NCBI GenBank assembly: GCA_043826355.1
Contig: JBDRQI010000017.1
Coordinates: 1-15,142, forward strand
Length of the DNA stretch: 15,142 nucleotides
Source: Candidatus Omnitrophota bacterium
GTDB lineage: Bacteria > Ratteibacteria > UBA8468 > MWAK01
Direction of reading: 5' to 3'
The notes below the pieces were generated by a model that saw only the letters and a list, made by a program, of their open reading frames with translations, was not told the origin of the DNA and did no database searches. This document shows, piece by piece, positions 1-6,776 of the stretch; the first letter of the stretch is position 1; each line of letters starts with the position of its first letter. Both the position numbers and the translations under genes were made by a program.

Positions 1-84
1 CGCGGACGTTACCATGCCAACCAGGCCGACCAGTGCCGATGCCACCATTATTCCAATCCATCCTTTGTTCACGTTGTCCTCCAT
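1..84 (-). CDS. 5' end of a probable exported protein (partial, runs off left edge)
   Basis: Hand translation from ATG 84-82: MEDNVNKGWIGIMVASALVGLVGMVTSA..., open to base 1. Hydrophobic stretch looks like a Sec signal peptide. Alternative GTG start at 72 has GGAGGA just upstream. Confidence 0.6.
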   Translation of the reverse strand, partial: MEDNVNKGWIGIMVASALVGLVGMVTSA

Positions 85-147
85 CTACCCGTCAAAAAAA
101 TGTTTCAGCCTGATACCCTGCTTTATTTATCTTCATTTTACGAAAAA

Positions 148-186
148 TGCCAGAATGCCCCGCCCTGTGGACGGGGATGAATGGTA
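148..186. mobile_element. Possible degenerate IS200/IS605-type end hairpin (no transposase present)
   Basis: TGCCA-GAATG-CCCCGCCC-TGT-GGACGGGG-ATGAA-TGGTA: inner stem 158-165/169-176 with one mismatch, outer TGCCA/TGGTA stem, GAAT at the hairpin foot. Resembles IS200/IS605 subterminal structures. Confidence 0.4.
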
Positions 187-352
187 GCCGTGCTGTGGTA
201 GTCGCACCCTTCCGGCTCGGTCAAGTTTGGTCAATAATGATTGCGGCGTAAATAGTGATGATACCTGCGCCGGTCCAACCGGAGGCGGCAAGGCAATTTA
301 TTGCCGGCGCGGCCGGCTGCTGCATAATCCCGGCTTTTTTGCAAGGCTAAAC

Positions 353-1351
353 TTATTTCACTCTTTTATCCCACCGGAAGACAATCCCCAGGTTAAACGG
401 TTTACCGGTATGCAGCAACCGGTATCCTTTAAGCGCGTCCCCGGCTTCAAACCGGTGCGTAATCAGCGGAGCGATCTGAAGCAGCCGGTTGCGGATATAG
501 TTTGTCGTATCCAGCCAGTCCTGCTCATCAATTCCACAGGTAGTTTTTATCGTTAACTCCTTTATTTTTATCTGGTCAAGGTCAAGAGCACAGCATTCTT
601 TATCAAAATACTGCGCCTGTAATAAGACGGTCCCCTGACGCCGCATATTCAGAACCATTCGGTCTGTTGTAGCCGCGTGTCCTACCGTGTCGTAAAGGAT
701 ATCAAATCCGGCTGGGGCAAATTCCTTGAGCCGTTTTTCAAGATCGTTATCCGCTGTGTTGAAGACGTCGGGTAACAGTTGTTTCACGAAAGCGATGCGT
801 TCCGCGTCCTGTTCCAGCAAGACCGGCTGGGCGCCTCTTTTGGCTGCCAGTTGGGCGGCGCATATTCCAATAAACCCGGCGCCGATAATCAGAATCTTCC
901 GGGCAGGTTTGACATTACAGAATCGTATTCCCCGGGTGGCAACACCGGCTACAATAGCAAATGACAGCGTTTCTAATTCCAATCGGTTCGGCAGCGACGA
1001 CGAGACAAAGCGGTAGCCGGCCCAGTCGCCTACCGAGAGCCCAACGTGGGCGCCCCACAGGGATACGATATTTCCCTTCCACCGCCCGGTGCTTCCATAA
1101 ACGATATCGCCCGCCCGAAAGTTAGATACCTCTTTCCCGCATTCTTCCACAATTCCAATCCGGTGGTAGCCGGGAACGCAGGGGAACTGGGCGCCGAGAT
1201 GTTTACCGCGCAAAAACCACCTTTCGGTCCCCGGCGAGACAGCTGACACCAGAGTCCTGACAACGATATCGCGCGGACCCGGCTTCTCTAATTCTAATTC
1301 AGTCAGCGCAAACCTGTTTGCTTCCGGAAAAACTACCGCCGGCGTCTTCAT
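353..1351 (-). CDS. MDR-family dehydrogenase, BchC-like subgroup lacking canonical catalytic Zn ligands
   Basis: 332 aa. SAVSPGTE and PGYH replace CxxD and GHE; Rossmann motif IIGAGFIG; YDTVG; C-terminal PLITHRF. RBS GGAGG lies in the end of the upstream gene (2-nt gap). Confidence 0.88.
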   Translation of the reverse strand: MKTPAVVFPEANRFALTELELEKPGPRDIVVRTLVSAVSPGTERWFLRGKHLGAQFPCVPGYHRIGIVEECGKEVSNFRAGDIVYGSTGRWKGNIVSLWGAHVGLSVGDWAGYRFVSSSLPNRLELETLSFAIVAGVATRGIRFCNVKPARKILIIGAGFIGICAAQLAAKRGAQPVLLEQDAERIAFVKQLLPDVFNTADNDLEKRLKEFAPAGFDILYDTVGHAATTDRMVLNMRRQGTVLLQAQYFDKECCALDLDQIKIKELTIKTTCGIDEQDWLDTTNYIRNRLLQIAPLITHRFEAGDALKGYRLLHTGKPFNLGIVFRWDKRVK

Positions 1352-1353
1352 CG

Positions 1354-2382
1354 CTATTCCTCCATTTCAAATACGACCTTGAAAGCCTCCTTCTTCTTCA
1401 GCAATTCAAATCCTCGGACAATTTCATTAAACGGCATGCGATGGGAATAAAAACTATTCAGATTGAGCAGATTTAATTTTAGCAGGTCAAACATATACTG
1501 GTGGGTCTGGACTTCACCGGTTACTCCCCGGGCAACCTTGCTCTGGTCAAAGTTTTGGGTCGGGTTGCCGGTTGGGAAAGTCGCATAGGGAGCCACCTTT
1601 CCGTCTTGAGACAGCAGGGTTAATGATTCTTTCAACAGAGTTTCGTCGCCCGCAGTATCTATTACCAGGTCCGCACCTTTACCCCGGGTATATTCTTTCA
1701 CCTTTTTCGCCATATCTTCCTTTTGGTTATTAATGGTGAAGTTTGCCCCAACTTTTTTTATCTCCTCCAGCGGTTCGGCGCGGCGGCCAATGACGATGAT
1801 GGGAAAGGCTCCCAGCAGTTTGGCGAAGAAACAAAAAGACCTCGCCACCGCCCCGGTTCCTAAAATAACCAGCGCCGTATTCAAGGTAACCTTCAAACTC
1901 ATAGCAAAACCGGCGGTTTCCTTCAGAGTAATCAGGATGGTGGCATCAGCCGGAAGGAGCGCCGGGACAGAAGGAATCTGCATTTGAAATTGAATATAGA
2001 AGTGTGGTGCTTCGCCGGGATGGTCTTCCTGAAATGCCTGGGCATCGGTTATCAGGCCGTATTCCGCAAATCCACCCCAGAGGGAATGGAAGCCGCCTAA
2101 TTTCTCACCCTGGTAAACCGCGGTTGGCCGAAAGAATAAGTCGCCTTCTTTGATGTGCGCGACCTTCTTGCCGACCTTGATTACCCTGCCCACGCTTTCA
2201 TGTCCTAAAATACCCGGATAGTCTTGTTTCCAGGGCAGTTTATGCGCAATAATCTTTTGGTCGGTGCCGGTACAGGTAGCGCAGGCTAAAGTTTTACATA
2301 AGCACTGATAAGCGCCGGGCTCCGGTATTGGTACTTCGGCTAACCTTAACTTGCCGTCGCCTTCGGTAACCGCTGCCTTCAT
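1354..2382 (-). CDS. Zinc-binding MDR-family (sugar/polyol-type) dehydrogenase
   Basis: Typical MKAAV start at ATG 2382, preferred over the ORF-track TTG 2400. CTGTD, PGILGHESVG, GGFAEY, VILGTGAVA, VIDTAG. No four-Cys structural Zn lobe. Confidence 0.9.
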   Translation of the reverse strand: MKAAVTEGDGKLRLAEVPIPEPGAYQCLCKTLACATCTGTDQKIIAHKLPWKQDYPGILGHESVGRVIKVGKKVAHIKEGDLFFRPTAVYQGEKLGGFHSLWGGFAEYGLITDAQAFQEDHPGEAPHFYIQFQMQIPSVPALLPADATILITLKETAGFAMSLKVTLNTALVILGTGAVARSFCFFAKLLGAFPIIVIGRRAEPLEEIKKVGANFTINNQKEDMAKKVKEYTRGKGADLVIDTAGDETLLKESLTLLSQDGKVAPYATFPTGNPTQNFDQSKVARGVTGEVQTHQYMFDLLKLNLLNLNSFYSHRMPFNEIVRGFELLKKKEAFKVVFEMEE

Positions 2383-2401
2383 AGTTCTTCTTTTATACAA
2401 A

Positions 2402-2445
2402 ATCGGTTACCCCGGGCGGCCAGAAAACCGCCCGGAGTAACCGAT
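2402..2445 (-). terminator. Strong stem-loop downstream of the pilin-like gene (terminator or mRNA-stabilising hairpin)
   Basis: ATCGGTTAC-C-CCGGGCGG (2402-2419) pairs with CCGCCCGG-A-GTAACCGAT (2428-2445): 18-bp stem whose single mismatch is G:U on the minus transcript, 8-nt loop, followed by only a short U-run. Confidence 0.7.
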
Positions 2446-2496
2446 AGTCACCGCTTTGCCGCAGTTAAGCCTCAAAGGGCTTATAACTACAGCAGG

Positions 2497-3168
2497 TCAG
2501 TTCGCAATCGTGACGTCAAACCAGTTGTCCGTAAGTTTCCCGCCCTGCTTAATCCATTCTACGTGGCCGTCGCAAAAGAGGAAGTTTTGGCCCCCGCTGT
2601 GCTGCCAAGGCAAAGTGTACTTCCAATCAAAAGTCCCGGAGCCGCCGGTAGAGGCAACGAGGTAGAAGGGGCCCCCCGCCAGATACGACGCCGTATCGCA
2701 GAAAGCGACCTTTTCGCTCGGGGAGATGACCCGGTCAAGTTTCGTGCCCTGGAGACTCGCGCTCATAGCGTAATCACTACGCCAAGCATGGTCGTATTGA
2801 TTTGGTGTTGAGGGACAATCAAGGAGGCAACCCCGGTTCATATATCCTGTGCTCTTCAGGTATGGGTTGGCAAAGTAGGCAGGTGAACCCGTAGCCTCAC
2901 CTTCGGCTTGGGACCAGAGAATAGTCCCCGTGGGGGTGGTTTGATTAGCCACCGGCACAAACCCGTCATTGTCCTGGGCGTAGACAAAGACCATCAGGCC
3001 AATCTGCTTCAGGTTGTTGATGCAGCTTGCCGCCCGGGCTTTCTCCCTGGCCTGGCTGAGCGCCGGCAGGAGCATCGCCGCCAGGATGGCGATGATGGCG
3101 ATAACCACCAACAACTCAATCAGGGTAAATCCCCCTGCTTTCCGCACCGCTTTCCTTATCTTATCCAT
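2497..3168 (-). CDS. Type IV prepilin-like protein with N-terminal cleavage/methylation motif, DUF1559 domain and H-X9-DG motif
   Basis: Basic leader [13 protein letters not shown], then [45 protein letters not shown]; internal LLDCPS; C-terminal [14 protein letters not shown] (H-X9-DG). Strong RBS AGAGGAGGAG at 3174-3183. Confidence 0.95.
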   Translation of the reverse strand: MDKIRKAVRKAGGFTLIELLVVIAIIAILAAMLLPALSQAREKARAASCINNLKQIGLMVFVYAQDNDGFVPVANQTTPTGTILWSQAEGEATGSPAYFANPYLKSTGYMNRGCLLDCPSTPNQYDHAWRSDYAMSASLQGTKLDRVISPSEKVAFCDTASYLAGGPFYLVASTGGSGTFDWKYTLPWQHSGGQNFLFCDGHVEWIKQGGKLTDNWFDVTIAN

Positions 3169-3277
3169 AACTGCTCCTCCTCTTGTTGCCCGCCTGCGGC
3201 GGGCTTCTCCGGCGGCCTCCGAAAGTCTATCCGCCCGGGCCAGTCGTTGGCGCGGACGTTAAGGCCACTTTACCACC

Positions 3278-3306
3278 ATTAAAACACATCCTTTTCTTTT
3301 TGTCAA
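3278..3306 (-). promoter_or_regulatory. sigma70-type promoter with extended -10 for the pilin-like gene
   Basis: Minus strand TTGACA (3306-3301), 17-nt spacer ending TGT, TTTAAT (3283-3278), in an AT-rich intergenic gap. Confidence 0.75.
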
Positions 3307-3376
3307 ATTACGTTTTAGCGCAGCGTACCTTATTATTCATCACGCCGCAACTGCATCGTTAAACATTTTTTACGGT

Positions 3377-5956
3377 TTAATCAAACGTAAGAGCGCCAAA
3401 CTTATCGGGGCTCTGATGGCTGCCGTCAGTAAATGTCCAGCCGCTTATTTCCCTCATCTTGGAATCTTTTCCCTGGCGCGAACGGTTAAAATTTACTTTC
3501 CACCGGGAGCCCTTGCCGGGCTTTTGTCCGTTGAAGGATGTAAAAGGAATGGCCATCTCCACCGTCCAGAAAAAATCACCTATATACACCTTTGCCGAAT
3601 ATTCAGGATTCGCAAAGTTATCATATTTCAGACCGCCGGCCGAGACAATTATCTGGTAGAACTTGTCTCCCTTGTCCGCCTCGGCTGCCGGGACCGCAAA
3701 GAATTCAACGCTATCATCATTCCAAACGGTTCCGCCGGGCTCTTTGGTTTCCGTTACCAGTTTATCCGTTTCGGATTCCAGGCACAGGTATGCCAGATAG
3801 AGGTTTTTTGAATCATACGCAACCGCTACGAACGTGGGCTGTGATACTATCGTGTCGCCGATATACTCCCTGAAACCACCGGCCTTGGCCGCTTTTCCCC
3901 AGCATCCGTCGTTTAAGATACCGTCAATTTCGGGCGGGGCGGCGGTTGGCTTTATGGAAAGAACTTTTTTTTCCAGGCCGTCCGGCCGGAGTCCGTAAAC
4001 AAAAGGTTTCAGCCATTTTACCCCGGATTTACTCCAGGGGCTGCTGTCAAACGCCTGCATCCAGCTCCCTTGTTCGCCCGCTTTCTCCATCAACATTCCC
4101 GCCGTCAAATAAAGGGAATCCGTATAGGGCGTCGGCGGAGTATTGTCCAGCCAGTTTTTGTAGTTTTCAACGGCAAAAAGCAGATTGCCTTTGCTCAGTC
4201 GCGATAATCCGTCCAACTGGGAAAGTTGTTCCGAGTCTGTTAACCTGGAAGTCACCGGTTTTTTCCAATCTTCAAAAGAAGCGAGGAAAAATTGCGCGCG
4301 CGCTTTTTCTTTTTCGGTTTTTGCCGATGATACCGTCGCCCTTAACAGTTCTTCGCAGTTGATAATATCGTTCATGGTCAGAAGCTTGAGGTAAACATCA
4401 GAATTAAAGTTCAGATAGAGGTCGGGGGATTGAAACCACCCTAATTGGATAACGCGCTTTGTCCAGAATTCTTCCCAGAAAGCAAAATACTGCGCCAGGT
4501 ACGGGGCGGCTTCTTTACCGACAGCACACTCATACCATTCTTTGAGCGTTTCGTCAACGTCCAGGTAAGGGTTCCACTGCAGTTTCAGGGACAAATACAG
4601 TTTGGGCCCGTCCTTCCAGTGTTTGGGCCCGTCCGCCCAGAGCCCGGGGTATGCTTCCGCATAAAGGGCGCGCACCCCGTGTTCATAGCCAAACCGGCAG
4701 TAATCAGCCATGAGATGAAAGTGCACCCGGGGAACAAGGTAAACACTTCCGTAGAGATAGTCATACCAGCCAAGGATAGCGGCGGATTCCGCCCATCTTT
4801 GGGTTGCCCGATGACCTTCTTTTTCTCTTTCCTTATCCGCCCATTTCAAACGTTCGTAGGTGATATAGGGAATAACGCGGTGATTTAATTTCAAATCAGA
4901 GGGCGGCTCAGCGACTTCCCGGTACGCCAGCAAACCAAAATACTTATCGGGATATCGTTTTAACACCCCCTCAACTACGGCATTGACCCATCCGTAATAA
5001 ACATCCGAATGGTTTTCATACCCCCCGGCAGTCCGGCCGCCCATTTTTGCGAGGCATTTTTCACACTCGCAGTATCCGCCGACATCATTGACTCCCAGCG
5101 AGTAGGATATCTCCGCCGGATTTTCGGCAAAAAATCCGCAGATGTTCTTAATAGCCTCCTCAACCAGGCCTTCCGCGCTGAAGCAGGGCTGCCAATACGC
5201 TGATTTCCAATCCGGGCCAAGCGTTGCTTCTGACGGCAACAACCTTTTGCCGGCGCGGACCGGAAAAAATTCAGGATTGCTTTTCACGTATTTATCAGGG
5301 TTAAATAAATTACTTAAGTTATGGTGAAAATAGACCCGGCCGCCTGCCCTGTTGCGTTTTGCCCATACGCTTTGGTCGCCGTACAAACCGCTTAAAAAAC
5401 GGAATAAGGGAAATGCCGGCTCCTGCCGCACTTCATCTGCGGGAATTTTTATTGTTTTGCGTTCGGGGACATACTCGCCCAGGTCGTACGGGAAAAGCCA
5501 GCGGATGCCGAGGTATCTTTCCAAAAACTCGTAGACGGCAAACTCGGTGCCGGTGTCGGACGCGCCCAGAATAACTATGTTCCTGGTGTCAGGAAAGGCA
5601 ATAACAAAGCCTTCCGCATCAAGTTTTTCTACTCCCAAATCCAGTTTTCGGGAGTATGCCGTGCGTCCGAGATGGATACTTATAATGTTTGGAGCAAGCG
5701 GGCTGTTTTCATTATCCCTGTAAATGGGAATATCCGCTTCTGCGCTTAACAAAACATACCGGGCAAGTAAACGCGCCGCGGTTTCTATTTTGTCGCTGGC
5801 GTCAGCCGGAATAATAACGGCGGCAAAAGATTGCCCGTTGTCTGCCAGGCAAAGCGTCTCAGGCATCTCCTTTGCCGAAAGGACTGCGGCTGAGAGAGAA
5901 AAAAGAATTAAGGCAAGCAACGCCTGTTTTTGCAATGCACCGAAAATATTCTTCAT
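3377..5956 (-). CDS. Exported DUF4838-domain protein (putative glycoside hydrolase) with C-terminal CBM9-like domain
   Basis: 859 aa with signal peptide (MKNIFG...SAAVLSA). N-domain ends GTEFAVYEFLERYLGIRW; DUF4838-like motifs HHNL, NPEFF, QPCFS, SLGVND, CECEKC, LLAY; C-terminal PEIDGILND..W, AYDSKNLYLAY, WNDDSVEFF, WTVEMAIPF, WKVNFNR. RBS AGGAGGGAGG. Confidence 0.85.
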   Translation of the reverse strand: MKNIFGALQKQALLALILFSLSAAVLSAKEMPETLCLADNGQSFAAVIIPADASDKIETAARLLARYVLLSAEADIPIYRDNENSPLAPNIISIHLGRTAYSRKLDLGVEKLDAEGFVIAFPDTRNIVILGASDTGTEFAVYEFLERYLGIRWLFPYDLGEYVPERKTIKIPADEVRQEPAFPLFRFLSGLYGDQSVWAKRNRAGGRVYFHHNLSNLFNPDKYVKSNPEFFPVRAGKRLLPSEATLGPDWKSAYWQPCFSAEGLVEEAIKNICGFFAENPAEISYSLGVNDVGGYCECEKCLAKMGGRTAGGYENHSDVYYGWVNAVVEGVLKRYPDKYFGLLAYREVAEPPSDLKLNHRVIPYITYERLKWADKEREKEGHRATQRWAESAAILGWYDYLYGSVYLVPRVHFHLMADYCRFGYEHGVRALYAEAYPGLWADGPKHWKDGPKLYLSLKLQWNPYLDVDETLKEWYECAVGKEAAPYLAQYFAFWEEFWTKRVIQLGWFQSPDLYLNFNSDVYLKLLTMNDIINCEELLRATVSSAKTEKEKARAQFFLASFEDWKKPVTSRLTDSEQLSQLDGLSRLSKGNLLFAVENYKNWLDNTPPTPYTDSLYLTAGMLMEKAGEQGSWMQAFDSSPWSKSGVKWLKPFVYGLRPDGLEKKVLSIKPTAAPPEIDGILNDGCWGKAAKAGGFREYIGDTIVSQPTFVAVAYDSKNLYLAYLCLESETDKLVTETKEPGGTVWNDDSVEFFAVPAAEADKGDKFYQIIVSAGGLKYDNFANPEYSAKVYIGDFFWTVEMAIPFTSFNGQKPGKGSRWKVNFNRSRQGKDSKMREISGWTFTDGSHQSPDKFGALTFD
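4600..4641. repeat. In-frame 21-bp tandem duplication inside the DUF4838 gene
   Basis: GTTTGGGCCCGTCCTTCCAGT / GTTTGGGCCCGTCCGCCCAGA (18/21 identical); the protein reads LWADGPKHWKDGPKL here. Confidence 0.8.
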
Positions 5957-6002
5957 TTTATCCCTCCCTCCTTATGGTTGTTTAAACCTCTTAAAAGTCT
6001 AT

Positions 6003-6036
6003 CGCGCGCGCGCGCGCGGGCGCGCGGGCGGGCGCC
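6003..6036. repeat. (CG)8 alternating tract inside a 34-nt pure G+C run
   Basis: CGCGCGCGCGCGCGCG (6003-6018) followed by GGCGCGCGGGCGGGCGCC; essentially intergenic, directly after the TAG of the 239-aa gene. Confidence 0.9.
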
Positions 6037-6755
6037 TATTCACACGGCAGAGCGATTCCCAGCCTCACCATGTATTCGCCCTGCCATGCTTTATCCGGAG
6101 CGTAATGGGGCCTTAAGGTATCAAACCGGAATGTTTTTCCATAATCTACGCTGGAACAACTGCGGCGGGCTTTCCCGGCAGTATCAATTCCCATATAAAA
6201 AACTCCGTAGGAGGCGTTTAAAGGATTGTCCCCGGGAATCTCCGCCCATGAAAATTTGATTGTATTGTCTCCCCGTTTTAACAGTCCCGGTTTGACGGGT
6301 ATCTCGTGCCAGCCTAAGGTCGCTATCTCCACCGGCGATTTCCGGGTGACCGTCTCATCATTAACCCGAATAACCACATCTGCCCACGCCACCCCTTCGG
6401 TCGCCGAGTTGAAATATGCCTGCAGTTTGGCGTGGTAAGGGTCGCAACCGATTTTATACCGGATTATTGCGTCTTTTATCTGTTCGGGCTCGATATTTAA
6501 GCGGATTATCTTGCACAGCACCTGGGCCGGATGTCCGGCCGTCCCCCAGTGCGATTCATCGGAACCGTAATCATCCCGAATTGTTATCCATATGCAGTCA
6601 ACCTGTTCCGCTCCTTCCGGCTGCACGCTTGCCGTCGTTGTCTCTTCGCCTGCACAGGCGCTATCAGGACACCGGCAAAATACCGCCATAATTATTATTA
6701 AAATCACAGCCGCGAATATGCACCTTGCCCTTAAAAACAAACTTTTCCGCCCCAT
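6036..6755 (-). CDS. Exported hypothetical protein with beta-sandwich-like domain and one Asp-box-like motif
   Basis: 239 aa, RBS AAGGAGG. Basic n-region plus hydrophobic h-region and possible A-C-A cleavage site; IRVND...WHEIPVKPGLLKRGDNTIKFS resembles CBM-like jelly-roll domains; SVDYGKTF matches SxDxGxTW/F. Confidence 0.75.
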   Translation of the reverse strand: MGRKSLFLRARCIFAAVILIIIMAVFCRCPDSACAGEETTTASVQPEGAEQVDCIWITIRDDYGSDESHWGTAGHPAQVLCKIIRLNIEPEQIKDAIIRYKIGCDPYHAKLQAYFNSATEGVAWADVVIRVNDETVTRKSPVEIATLGWHEIPVKPGLLKRGDNTIKFSWAEIPGDNPLNASYGVFYMGIDTAGKARRSCSSVDYGKTFRFDTLRPHYAPDKAWQGEYMVRLGIALPCE

Positions 6756-6776
6756 CCTTTTCCTCCTTGGCGCTTA

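Noticed and set aside
267..340. Hairpins after the last dehydrogenase (GGCAAT-TT-ATTGCC; GCCGG...CCGGC-TTTTTT)
   Set aside because: Stems are short and the T-tract is on the plus strand, so it is not a convincing terminator for the minus-strand operon.
227..556. 109-aa plus-strand ORF
   Set aside because: TTG start without a clear RBS, overlaps the dehydrogenase 3' end in antisense, no family motifs.
2497..3168. Calling the pilin pilA/gspG as part of a pilus or T2SS operon
   Set aside because: No ATPase, platform, secretin or prepilin peptidase in the window, and the DUF1559/H-X9-DG architecture is distinct from major pilins.
1..3261. 11-bp match CGCGGACGTTA at 1-11 and 3251-3261
   Set aside because: One copy is inside a coding region and such a short match is expected by chance in 15 kb; no evidence for a target-site duplication.
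4294..4303. Second alternating GC run (GCGCGCGCGC)
   Set aside because: Short and explained by Ala-Arg-Ala codons in the DUF4838 gene.
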